A DNA stretch of 64,000 bases from Marsupella aquatica (Eukaryota; Plantae; Marchantiophyta): positions 6,996,470-7,060,469 of the forward strand of contig OZ316897.1 of assembly GCA_973895155.1 (NCBI GenBank), read 5' to 3'. Position 1 is the first letter of the stretch. Each line of letters starts with the position of its first letter. Shown here piece after piece: positions 1 through 10,200 of the stretch. The notes under the pieces were generated by a model. The model had not been told where the DNA came from. It did not search any database and saw nothing but the letters and a program-made list of their open reading frames with translations. The position numbers and the translations under genes are program-made.

Positions 1-911
1 CGGTGCAAGGGCGCCGTTCCTTTTAGGGAGGGCGGACGTGGAGGGAGGAGGCGTGAGTGGGCAGGGCGGGCACGGATCTCCACGTTTAGGATTAGGATCA
101 GAACCAGGAGCGGCCCTGACACTTAGCTTAGTGGGATTGCGGTCCCACTGGTAGGAGCAACACTTGTGCTCCTGCCTTGCTGTACATAGGTAGATTCGGG
201 CAAGTAGATTACTGTTAAGTAGATTAGGCTTACGATGCAAAGAATGGCGGATCCACTACCAGGATAAGTACCTGGGCAGCGGGGAGCTCAGGGCCTCTTC
301 TTTAGCAAGTTTTTAGTTTGCACCAGCCGGGCTGGGATCAAGTAGTACGAGAAGCTCTCGGTTAGTCATACAGTGACCCTTGTGTATATTCATGTTTCCT
401 CATGCCTAAGAGCTGAATAGAGTTGGCCTCACGGCTTAGTTCGCAGAACTTGTGTATGAGATGTACTGTTTGTATGGCAAGTGCATGGTATGACTCAGTC
501 AGAATGAGTCATTTTGCTATTTGTGTGTCGCATTAACTTGTGTGAAGAGTGCCCACATCAACAGAAGGAAGGAAAGTAAGCAGGGGAGTGAGAGTTGGAT
601 GTGTCGAGCTGAGAGAGGTCTTAGCGGCTTAACCAAGCCTATTGGGGATCATTCCGGCGGCGGAATCCAAACATACCTAACAAGACGGAGGGGAAGACAG
701 GGGAAGGCCTATATTAGGCCGGCTACGTATCTCATGACCCGATGAAGGATCTGTCCAGTATATGTGTGTAAAATGTTAATAGTAGTAGTAGAAGGTTAGC
801 AGCGTCCCATGCCGCTAAGCCGCGGAAACGGCCTCGCCAAGCACGAAACCTGCGGGAATCGGCTTGAGCTGGGGGGTTTCTTGGGTTTAGGGAGCCATGG
901 GACGCACCACA
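1..911 (+). repeat. 3' part of the 5' LTR of element A
   Basis: Near-identical to 10887-11807. Ends ...GACGCACCACA just before the PBS. Confidence 0.95.
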
Positions 912-915
912 TTTT

Positions 916-933
916 TGGCGCTAGATGGAGGGG
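916..933 (+). promoter_or_regulatory. Primer-binding site, tRNA-Asn-like
   Basis: TGGCGCTAGATGGAGGGG lies 4 nt after the LTR end. It has one mismatch to the complement of the plant tRNA-Asn(GUU) 3' end as recalled (CCCCTCCTTCTAGCGCCA). Confidence 0.8.
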
Positions 934-980
934 GCATTTCTTAAGCCGTGAGATATGAAGTTAGAACGGAAGCGTAGGTA

Positions 981-3917
981 ATGACTGACCTTACGCCGAG
1001 GGAAGAAAGAGTGATTCAACGGGAGAGAGCTCGACTGCAGCAGCTCGCCGGGTGGCATGATACACAGCAACTGAGAGGGGCAGAAAGAGCTGGTAGCTCC
1101 GAAACTGGAAGTGGCGTCGAAGAAGACATACCAGAAGAAGAGTCGGTAAGGAGAAGTGAGTCTCCAACCGACATGGGGGAACCAGAGGCACGGCCAGACG
1201 AGAGGCCAGGGACTAGATTGAGCCAGCGGTCGCGCATACATTACAAGGCATTTCATGGGAGAGGAGATGAGGATCCGGACGAATGGTTGGATGATTTCGA
1301 GGGAACCACTACAGCAAATGGAGAATCGGCCATCAAGATGCAGATTCTTCCCGGCCTGTTCAAGGGTGAGGCTAGGCCTTGGTACAGAGCATTAGATGTG
1401 GAAGATCAAGCCATCTGGGATATCTTCAAAACACTCTTTGTTAAGGAGTTTCGACCCATTGGAACTTCAGAACTAGCAGTGCTGAAGTTGGGACAACTTC
1501 GGTTCAAGGAGAACAAATCCTTCAGGAAGTTCTTGCAACGCTTTCAGAAACTGGTAAGACGTACAAAGACCAATGCATCTGAAGGTATGCAACTTCAATG
1601 GTTGGTGAATGCTTTGCCACAGAAGATGAGTTTTGCAATTAGGAAGGAGAACCCGGAGACCTTAGCCGAAGCAATTAAGGATATTCAATTATACATTAAT
1701 GCAGATATCACAAGCCGGAAGAAACAGCTTAAGTCTGAGAGTTCCTCATCAGAGGAGGGATCACCCCATAAGAAAAAAGATAAGAAGAAGAAACATTCCA
1801 AGAAGTCTAGAAGTGATAAGTCAAGCTCGGATAGTGGGAGTAGCAAGAGTGAGTCATCTTCTAGTTCTGAAGAAGAAAAAACTAGGAAAAGGAAGGGCAG
1901 AAGGAGAGGGAAGACGAAAGTCAAGATGGAGGCTAAGCCACCAGATAACATCGTAGCCCTTACCGAGCAACTTAAGGCTATCATTGCAGAGGTAAAACCA
2001 AAGAAGAAGGTAGTACAGGAGGATAGCTCTGTATGGTGTGCCTTATGTTATAAAACCGGACACCATAAAGATGCTTGTCCTAAGCTTAATACTAATCATG
2101 TTCGGCATGTGGCCGAGATCAGACCATGTCAGGGAGAAGTAGAGTACTTTTTGGGAGATGCCGCTGATAGTGTTTTCGGCATCAGTGAGACTGGAGCACG
2201 AGACCTATCCAACAAACCTGCATCTCTGTGGTCAGGGTTAAGGAACAATCCAGGAGAGATGTATCCTCGGATTATTCAGAACCCGTCAGTACCTCCTAGG
2301 CCGAATGTGCAAAGATTTGCGGCGTGCTATAATTGTGGTCAACCTGGCCATTTTGCTAGAGAATGCCCGAATGCACGCAAACAGGGTGATGGACAACCAG
2401 CTCAGCTATGTATGGGATGCCGACAGGAAGGTCATATGCTAGGGCAATGTCCTACTTGGTTGGCAGGCCTGGCCGCAAATCATAAGCTTTTGCCGATCAA
2501 GATCTTACCGCCAGGTACTACCCCCGGAGGAGTTCAAATCAACCACATCGAACTAGGATGGCAAGAGGATGCCGAGGCAGAGTTCGTACCATCTGATGAT
2601 GAGGCCGAAGCCCTATCAACCTTCTCAGAGGAGGATTTAGATCATGATTGCTACCGGGTCTCTACTCGATCTACCAGAAGGAAGGAAAGGTGGGATGGGC
2701 TGGCCAAAAATAAAGGGAAGGTTACGGAGGAAAGGATCGACTCTTCGTCAACATCAACAGAAGGAGAAGGGAGGGCTCCGGCAATACAGGTAAGCCATGA
2801 GCCCACCAGTGAAACCAATCCTTCACAAGATAGCGACTTCAATCGAGATCATCCTAAGTTGTTCTACCCCTCTGTTACGGCTAGTGTTAAGGAACAACTA
2901 AGAGAATTAGAAACCCTGGAGAATACCGAAGCCATTGCCAAGGATGTAAAACGAGCAAAAGCATTGTTTGCTTCGGAAGACCCAACAGCTGTGGAGACTA
3001 GCGTGGCAAAACTGGCCGAATCCAAGACGGAAACACCACCAGAAGAGAAGCCGATTGTTCCCTATGACCTGGCTAAAGATGTACTAGAATCTAGAGTCTC
3101 GGCAACAGTAGGTCAACTATTGAAAAATAGCCCGTACTTCCGGAAGCAATTAAGGAAGGCTATTCTCGGCAAGCCGAGATTACCCAAGGTAGCAACCAGA
3201 TCCGACGTACTAATGATAGAAGAAGATCAAGGAGCCCCAGCATTACCATTAATGATTCAAGGAGAATTATTACTACGGGTACCCATCGATGGAGGATCAG
3301 GGGTATGTATTATGATTGATTCAACAGCAAAAGGGTGGGGTCTAACACCGGAGATGACTGGAAGAGTGTTGAACATGGCCAATGGATATCAGGTCATTCC
3401 GACGGGAGTGTTAACCGGCATCAAGACAGAGATAGGAGGTATCTTCTTTAGCATTAACTATGTAGTAATGAAGCCGGTAAATCCTACGTCATTCCGGCTA
3501 TTGATTGGTAGGCCATGGCTGTACCTAGCCGAGGTAATAGAAGATTGGGGTAAAAAGCAGTTCACTTTCGGGACCCCCTCTATCACGGTATCCTGGGACA
3601 CTAAGGATGACCGTAGGAAAAGCATAAGGGAAGTAGATGGGTACGATAGTGGACTGGAGTCAGCCGATGAAGTACGTTGGTTAGAATGCTTCACTAACCT
3701 AACCGAAGAAGGTGTCTTTGGACCAGAGGTACCCCCCAGCGGATTATGGCAAGAACCAATGGAAGGTGACTTGGAAGAAGAAGACGAAGAGGTCGAGGAC
3801 TGCTTTACAATAGAATCCACCTTTTTAGCTGCAATTCCGGAGGAAGTTAAGGATGTAGACCAATTGGATGAAACGGCTAAGTGGGGAGCAGTAGCAGGGA
3901 CAGTGGATTTTCTGTAG
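981..3917 (+). CDS. gag: Gag-protease polyprotein, 978 aa
   Basis: Retrotransposon capsid-like region (FHGRGDEDPDEWL...ARPWY), K/S-rich tract, three CX2CX4HX4C knuckles, aspartic protease motifs PIDGGSG and LLIGRPWL. Confidence 0.92.
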   Translation: MTDLTPREERVIQRERARLQQLAGWHDTQQLRGAERAGSSETGSGVEEDIPEEESVRRSESPTDMGEPEARPDERPGTRLSQRSRIHYKAFHGRGDEDPDEWLDDFEGTTTANGESAIKMQILPGLFKGEARPWYRALDVEDQAIWDIFKTLFVKEFRPIGTSELAVLKLGQLRFKENKSFRKFLQRFQKLVRRTKTNASEGMQLQWLVNALPQKMSFAIRKENPETLAEAIKDIQLYINADITSRKKQLKSESSSSEEGSPHKKKDKKKKHSKKSRSDKSSSDSGSSKSESSSSSEEEKTRKRKGRRRGKTKVKMEAKPPDNIVALTEQLKAIIAEVKPKKKVVQEDSSVWCALCYKTGHHKDACPKLNTNHVRHVAEIRPCQGEVEYFLGDAADSVFGISETGARDLSNKPASLWSGLRNNPGEMYPRIIQNPSVPPRPNVQRFAACYNCGQPGHFARECPNARKQGDGQPAQLCMGCRQEGHMLGQCPTWLAGLAANHKLLPIKILPPGTTPGGVQINHIELGWQEDAEAEFVPSDDEAEALSTFSEEDLDHDCYRVSTRSTRRKERWDGLAKNKGKVTEERIDSSSTSTEGEGRAPAIQVSHEPTSETNPSQDSDFNRDHPKLFYPSVTASVKEQLRELETLENTEAIAKDVKRAKALFASEDPTAVETSVAKLAESKTETPPEEKPIVPYDLAKDVLESRVSATVGQLLKNSPYFRKQLRKAILGKPRLPKVATRSDVLMIEEDQGAPALPLMIQGELLLRVPIDGGSGVCIMIDSTAKGWGLTPEMTGRVLNMANGYQVIPTGVLTGIKTEIGGIFFSINYVVMKPVNPTSFRLLIGRPWLYLAEVIEDWGKKQFTFGTPSITVSWDTKDDRRKSIREVDGYDSGLESADEVRWLECFTNLTEEGVFGPEVPPSGLWQEPMEGDLEEEDEEVEDCFTIESTFLAAIPEEVKDVDQLDETAKWGAVAGTVDFL

Positions 3918-6900
3918 GCGTTGTGGCAGAGCCGACGGGGTCCACAACGCCATCGATCATCGGCAAGGAATTAAATACCAAGGGATCGGCATACAAGCCG
4001 ATTACGAGGGCAGAACAAATTGAGGCCCTATTAGAAGCCGAGAGAGCACAGCGGCCTAACTCGCAGGAGCAAGAGGTGGATGAGATGGACAGACACGATC
4101 CAGAGCCAAGGCAGGAAGGGGAGCCGACCACTAATTCAAAACCGAATAGACCGGTAAGGGGACAATCTATGGACACCAAGGAAGGGACCGACTCGGCTAG
4201 TCCAGCCGAGATCCCAGTTTATGGAGGTATGAGATTAGAGAGACTAGAAGCCGAACTGGACCCGAATTTGAAGAAGCAGATTAATATGATCCAAGCACGG
4301 CAATATCGGAAGCTCGACTTAGGAGAGGGAAGAGAACTGAACTTAGGGAGAAACCTAGCACCTGAGCTCGAGAAAGAGATCAGTGACTTATTGATTGAAT
4401 TTCAGGATGTGTTTGCATGGAGTCACCAAGATCTAAAGGGCGTAGATCCAACACTAGGGGAACATCGAATTGATCTCATGTTAGGAGCCAAATCATTTCG
4501 ACAACCAATTCGAAGGATGAACCCGAAGTATTCCCTGCTGGTCAAAACAGAAATCGACAAACTAGTGGAAGCTGGATTCATCACTCCAGTCCTGCATTCA
4601 GACTGGGTGTCTCCAATTGTGATAGTTCCCAAGAAAGCTGGACCCGATGGTAAACCCAAGATCCGGGTTTGTCAGGATTACAGGAAGCTGAATGAAGCAA
4701 CATTAAAAGACCATTTTCCTTTACCGTTTACTGATATGGTACTAGACATGGTAGCCAGTCATGAACTATATTCATTCATGGATGGATACTCTGGTTATAA
4801 CCAAATCAGGATTCGGCAGGAAGACCAAATCAAGACGGCCTTCATCACGGAATGGGGGATCTATGTCTTCAATCGTATGCCGTTTGGACTCTGCAACGCA
4901 CCAGCTATGTTCCAACGATTAATGGTGAACATTTTTCATGATTACTTGAGAAAGTTCATGGAAATCTTCATTGATGACTTTGCAGTATTCGGGAAGGCAT
5001 CGAAACATGCTAAATACCTCAGGAAAACCTTCATGAGATGTAGGGAGGTGGGTCTCAAGTTACACCCAGATAAATGTTTTTTTGCAGTAACCGAGGGGGT
5101 GCTACTAGGTCACAAGGTATCAAGGAAGGGCATTGAGATTGACAAAGGTAAGCTAGCAGTATGGCTAGATATCATGCAACCTAAGAACATAAAGGATGTA
5201 AGATCCTTCTTGGGATGCATTGGTTACTATCGCCGGTTCATCAAGGATTTTGCCAAGCTAGCTTTACCATTAACCAATATGCTCAAGGCAGGAGCAGACT
5301 TCGAACCCACACCCGAACGAGTCACAGCGGTGGTAGAATTGAAGCAGATGTTAGTAGAGGCCCCAGTCATGATAGCACCGGACTGGAACAAAGATTTTCA
5401 TGTTTTTGTAGATGTCTCGGGCTTCTGTATTGGCTCAGTACTAAGTCAGTTGGATGAGAAAGGAAGGGACCATCCCATATACTTCGCAAGCCGTCAGCTT
5501 GCCGATGCCGAACGGAACTACTCTACCACGGAAAGAGAAGCATTAGGAGTCATTTATTCTTGTAAAAAGTTTAGGCATTATTTACTAGGGTACAAGGTAA
5601 TCTTTCATATTGATCATGAAAGTTTGAAGTACCTAGTCAATAAGCCGGACCTTACAGGCAGAGTAGCAAGATGGATTTTGCTATTACAGGAGTTTGACTA
5701 TGAGCTGAGGATCAAGCCAGGAAAGTTACATGCCAATGCCGACTTCTTTTCAAGGATCACAGGTAAACCTGCCACAGATTGCATCGATGATCGATTCCCC
5801 GACGAGGAGCTATTCGTTGTGGAAATAGCTGGTACATGGTACCCTGAGATTTTACAATTTCTCAGCACTTCCAGATTACAGCCAGGATTAAGCCGAGAGC
5901 AAGCCGCAGTCTTTGTGCGGAAGGTCAGACAGTATCAGTGCATTAAAGGCATACTGCACAAGCATGGAATCAACGGCACGATTCAAAGGTGTTTGGAGAA
6001 GAGAGAGTTAAAACGAGTCCTACGGGCCATGCATGAAGAGGAGGCCGGAGGACATTTTGCCCCAGTAACCACGTCTAAGAAGATATTAAATGCCGGTTAC
6101 TGGTGGCCCACCTTGCACAAAGATGTCTATCAGTTTATCAAACAATGCGATCCTTGTCAACGAGCGGGAGGACCAAGGGCGTCCACCAGGCATCCACTGC
6201 ACCCTATTCTACCTCTGGCACCATTCGAGAAGTGGGGTATTGATTACATTGGACCTCTGAAACCACTGACCCACCCTCGACGGAACAAGTACATAATCCT
6301 GGCTACGGATTATGCAACTAAATGGGTAGAGGCCAGACCAACAACGAAGGATGATGCAATTACTACGGCTAGATTCATGTATGAGCAGATCTTCACCAGG
6401 TATGGAGCACCCCTAGAATTAGTTAGTGATAGAGGAACCCATTTTTTGAATGATATAATTAGTCGTTTAAATGAGCAGTATTTAGTTAAACATAGGCCTA
6501 CTACTCCCTACCATCCAAAGGCAAACGGGTTGACAGAACGAGCAACCGGAATCATAGGAAAGATATTGAACAAGACAGTAGCTCAGAACAAACTCGATTG
6601 GGATGATAAATTGTTTGCTGCTGTTTTTGCTTACAATCTGGCCTATAAATCCACTACCGGTCATACACCCTTCTTCTTAACCTTTGGACAAGAAGCCCTG
6701 GTACCCATGCAACTTGAGATACCGACATTTCAAGTTACAATTGAGGAAAGAGCCTCAGCGGAGGAGAGCCTAAAGGAGCGAGAATATAGGTTAGAAGCTT
6801 TAGAGGAAGCGAGAATGATTTCAGCCGAGAGAGTAGAATATAGACAGAATATCATGAAGCAGCAGTATGATAAAAGGTTAAAAGTAGTTAGTATTCATAC

Positions 6901-7147
6901 CGGTGATCTTGTGCTACTTTATGACAGTAGGTATAGTAGGTTTCCAAGAAAGCTTTACACTCGCTGGTTAGGACCCTTTAGAGTAACCATGATGTTCCCC
7001 AATGGCTCCGTGCAATTGGCCAACATTACGGGAGAGGTATATCCAGTTCGCATCCATTATGACCGCCTCAAGAAATACTATATGGACAAAGATGAAGTTG
7101 TTCGCGAGGACGCTTCACAATTAAGTGGGGAGCTATGTGATGCCTAG
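3881..7147 (+). CDS. pol: Pol (RT-RNase H-integrase), in the -1 frame relative to gag-pro
   Basis: RT motifs DYRKLN, MPFGLCNAP, FIDDF; RNase H VDVSG...YSTTEREAL; integrase HHCC, DDE core (GIDYIG, SDRGTHF, NGLTER) and GPF motif. The stop codon falls inside the 3' LTR. Confidence 0.95.
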   Translation: MGSSSRDSGFSVGVVAEPTGSTTPSIIGKELNTKGSAYKPITRAEQIEALLEAERAQRPNSQEQEVDEMDRHDPEPRQEGEPTTNSKPNRPVRGQSMDTKEGTDSASPAEIPVYGGMRLERLEAELDPNLKKQINMIQARQYRKLDLGEGRELNLGRNLAPELEKEISDLLIEFQDVFAWSHQDLKGVDPTLGEHRIDLMLGAKSFRQPIRRMNPKYSLLVKTEIDKLVEAGFITPVLHSDWVSPIVIVPKKAGPDGKPKIRVCQDYRKLNEATLKDHFPLPFTDMVLDMVASHELYSFMDGYSGYNQIRIRQEDQIKTAFITEWGIYVFNRMPFGLCNAPAMFQRLMVNIFHDYLRKFMEIFIDDFAVFGKASKHAKYLRKTFMRCREVGLKLHPDKCFFAVTEGVLLGHKVSRKGIEIDKGKLAVWLDIMQPKNIKDVRSFLGCIGYYRRFIKDFAKLALPLTNMLKAGADFEPTPERVTAVVELKQMLVEAPVMIAPDWNKDFHVFVDVSGFCIGSVLSQLDEKGRDHPIYFASRQLADAERNYSTTEREALGVIYSCKKFRHYLLGYKVIFHIDHESLKYLVNKPDLTGRVARWILLLQEFDYELRIKPGKLHANADFFSRITGKPATDCIDDRFPDEELFVVEIAGTWYPEILQFLSTSRLQPGLSREQAAVFVRKVRQYQCIKGILHKHGINGTIQRCLEKRELKRVLRAMHEEEAGGHFAPVTTSKKILNAGYWWPTLHKDVYQFIKQCDPCQRAGGPRASTRHPLHPILPLAPFEKWGIDYIGPLKPLTHPRRNKYIILATDYATKWVEARPTTKDDAITTARFMYEQIFTRYGAPLELVSDRGTHFLNDIISRLNEQYLVKHRPTTPYHPKANGLTERATGIIGKILNKTVAQNKLDWDDKLFAAVFAYNLAYKSTTGHTPFFLTFGQEALVPMQLEIPTFQVTIEERASAEESLKEREYRLEALEEARMISAERVEYRQNIMKQQYDKRLKVVSIHTGDLVLLYDSRYSRFPRKLYTRWLGPFRVTMMFPNGSVQLANITGEVYPVRIHYDRLKKYYMDKDEVVREDASQLSGELCDA
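3905..3964 (+). promoter_or_regulatory. Candidate -1 programmed ribosomal frameshift signal
   Basis: G GAT TTT in the gag frame (3905-3911), 5-nt spacer, 10-bp stem GGCGTTGTGG (3917-3926) / CCACAACGCC (3942-3951). Loop GCCGA can pair with TCGGC at 3960-3964. Confidence 0.7.
7123..7133 (+). promoter_or_regulatory. Polypurine tract of element A
   Basis: AAGTGGGGAGC lies 2 nt before TGTGATGCC. The same arrangement occurs in family 2, where the LTR edge is proven by a TSD. Confidence 0.85.
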
Positions 7148-7211
7148 ACAGGAATCACTCGGCCGGTTAAGTGGGTAAAGCAGGAAGGCACCCTAGGAAC
7201 ACCTTAGTATA

Positions 7212-10200
7212 GTGACAAAACAAGGAAAATATAAACAATTAGGGGCAACCATGGAACCCGGGCAGAGGCCGGAGGTAAGGCTGAGGGTGAAAACCCGATT
7301 AGGGTTAGGGCGCGTTAAGCGTCGGCGGCTAGGAAGGATCAACGGGAAGAAGGACCGGCAGAGGAGAGGGGTAAGGAGCGCTTGTAGGAGATGGTGGCTC
7401 ATTTGCGAGCACGAACTAGGCAGACGACTACGGGAGGCCAACTACTGTCAGTTGCTTAGGCAAGCACTCGGGGAGAGAGTAGATACCGACGATCAACCTA
7501 AGAAGGGTATGAGCAACGTCAATCAAGCGGCACATTTCTGGGGATGCCTGTTCGAACGGGCAACTGAGTACATCAAGACTTACGAGGACGAGGAGTCAGA
7601 AAGGGCAGCTCGAGAACGGCAGGAGCTCGCTCAATTGTGGGAGCTGCAGAAGACGGCTTTCTTAGGAGGCGAACTCATCAAGGACGAGTTCCTATGGACG
7701 CCTACTTCCAATCAACTCGACGATCTTCTGTTTTGCAAAGACAGCATCGTCGGCATCCGGGAGGCCATCAAGAACTGCAACGACATACACTGGGAATTAA
7801 AGGGTAGCACGGAAAGGTGGACCCAGGCAACGGTGCTAGGAGAAACCTCCACGGCAGCAGAGATGAAGAGGAAGGGAGCCGTCAACGATGAAGCCACCCC
7901 GGCAAAAAGAACGAGGTCGGCGGCACCAAAGAAGCCAGCCGAGCAGCAGAGCAGGAGGCAGGGAGAAGCCGAAGAGGAGGAGGTTGATCCCATCAAGGCC
8001 ATTCCAACCAGGGATGATACCTGGAAGGGCTGGGCGGCAACCCTACCGGTGGAGGTGCAACTACATTTTGCACGGGAGGAGGATGCATGCTTTACGGCCA
8101 TGCAGACCAAGAAGTACCAAGGCTTCATGGCCGGATCCGGCTTGGAGGCCTTTGTAAGATTACCATGGCTGAAGCCGGAGGTACCGGAGTCAGACCTATT
8201 AGAATTCGTGGGGTCATGGGAACCCGAGACCAATTGCACGAGGATATATGGGAAGGATTTCTATCTTACTCCCAAGGTGATTGCCGAAGTGTTTGGCTTG
8301 CCGATGGGCAATAAGACCAAAGTTGATACCAGGAAGACCTTGCCTGACAAGGAGTTCCGGTCGTTCCCCGGGCCATCAACGAAGAATGGCTTCTTCCGGA
8401 ACACCTGCACCAACCCGCACATAGGAGAGATGATCGACTTCTTGTGGGTGACCATGCATTGTAACTTGCCGAGGGCAGAGATCGGCAAGGCACAGGTCTA
8501 TCTGGCAGAAAGGCCAGACCCAAGCCGGGACTACAACGGGTACCTCCTCAACCAATTGAAGAAGATCTTAAAGGAGGAGCAGCAGGTAATCGGCATGGGG
8601 AGCGTGTCGCGGCTTGGCTATCACATGCCGCTGTTGTGCCGGTATGCCAGAGGTCAAACTTTTGCCCCGGTACTTCCCCTGCAGGTAAGGGCACCCGAGG
8701 AAGCTCCAACGCCGAGGCCGTTGGCTGAGAAGCCTCAACCACCTGCTAGTCCTACGATCGAGCAGGTGTTTAGGCCCAGGAAGGAAGACTTGCCGATGCA
8801 GCAACCAGGCATGCAGAGTCTGCTGAAACTACTGGAGAAAGAAAAGAAATCGGCATCGGCAACAACAACGGCAACGGCAACAATGCAGGACACTACTACA
8901 GAGGTAGGCCTACATCGGCTCACAAGAGAAAACCCCTTTGCTGGAGACAAGGAGAGAATCAGGCCGGAATCCAAGCCAGGTGTTCGAATGTACGTGGGAA
9001 CCTCAAGCTCCGAATCTGAGGCAGAATTGCCTGAAGCTCCTACCGAGGAAGAGGAGAGGGAGAAGCCGGAAATCCAAGAGGTAGAGGAGGCAGTGGAGGA
9101 CTGCAGCCATGATAATTCCGGCTATGGGTCGGACCATCACGTTCCAGGAGTAAGGACCTGTGGCCGGTTTGTCCCCACACTTCCAAGGGTAGTGCGAGGG
9201 GACCCCAACCAGCAGAGTAGCCCTGAGTCTCCCCCACCAGATGTTGCTCCCCCGAGCTTCGACGGCATAAAACAGACGGTGCAGGAATTTCAGGAGCGAA
9301 TCAAGCAGGAGGAAGAGGCCGCCCTGGCTAAGGAAAAGGATTTACCAGGAGGAGATTGGCCGGAGGACATCAGGCGGCTAGCCGAAAAAGGAAGCAAACC
9401 TCTAGCCACGATTGAAGAGATCCGCAGGACGGCTTGGGAGCAGAGGCCACGATGGGCGATGCCGATCACTTCTACTTACTCCACCTACGCTAAGAATAGA
9501 GCCATGGAGTATGGTGAGATGTGTGGGGAACTTGCGCTCGGCATCTTTGGAGAGGAGTTGGAGGTAGGACCCTTTTTCCATAGGGAGCAGTTGGAGAAGC
9601 ACCAATTAGAAGAAGCGGTGGCTTTAGAGAGAAGCAAGAAGGACGAGGTCATTCGGCGGCTTAGGAGGATGGGAGCCGAGATTTAAGATCTAAGGGCGGC
9701 CAAGAAAGCCCAAGATGAACTGCGGATTAAACGACATGAGCTGAACATCATGCAGGGGCAGTTGGACGCCGCGCAGGCTGATAATCAGAATATCAAGGAT
9801 AAACTGACTCAGACGCAGGAAGAGTTGGCCGACACGATCAAAGAAAGGGAAAAGTGGAAGCAAGAGCTGAAGAATACAGAGGAGGCCCACATAACAGCCA
9901 ACAGCCGGGCCATGGCGGAGACCCAAAGAAAGGAATGGGCGTTGAAAGGGGAGCTCGAGAAAATCCACGGAGCCCTTGAGCAGAAGGAGGTCGAGTTAGG
10001 GAAATCCTATCAAGGGATTATGGCGCTGCAGCAGGAGCTTGCGTCCCTAACGGCCAGCTTCAAGGCCGACCTAAGGGAGAAGGACGAGATGCTCGAACAG
10101 ACTTACGCCAAGATGAACCAGATGGAGTCTGTCATCATTGCAGAGCTCGACAAGGAGCTAAGAGCAACCCAGGAGGAGAAGGCTACCTTGAAGAAGGAAT

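Noticed and set aside
521-745. 74-aa ORF repeated at 11407 and related to 59577-59900
   Set aside because: Non-ATG start; recurrence simply follows LTR identity, and the end changes with a 10-bp indel.
6900-7147. Chromodomain or other targeting domain at the integrase C-terminus
   Set aside because: The protein ends shortly after the GPF module, leaving no room or motif for one.
7212-9686. Envelope (env) gene downstream of pol
   Set aside because: It lies inside the LTR, and no signal peptide or transmembrane helix is evident.
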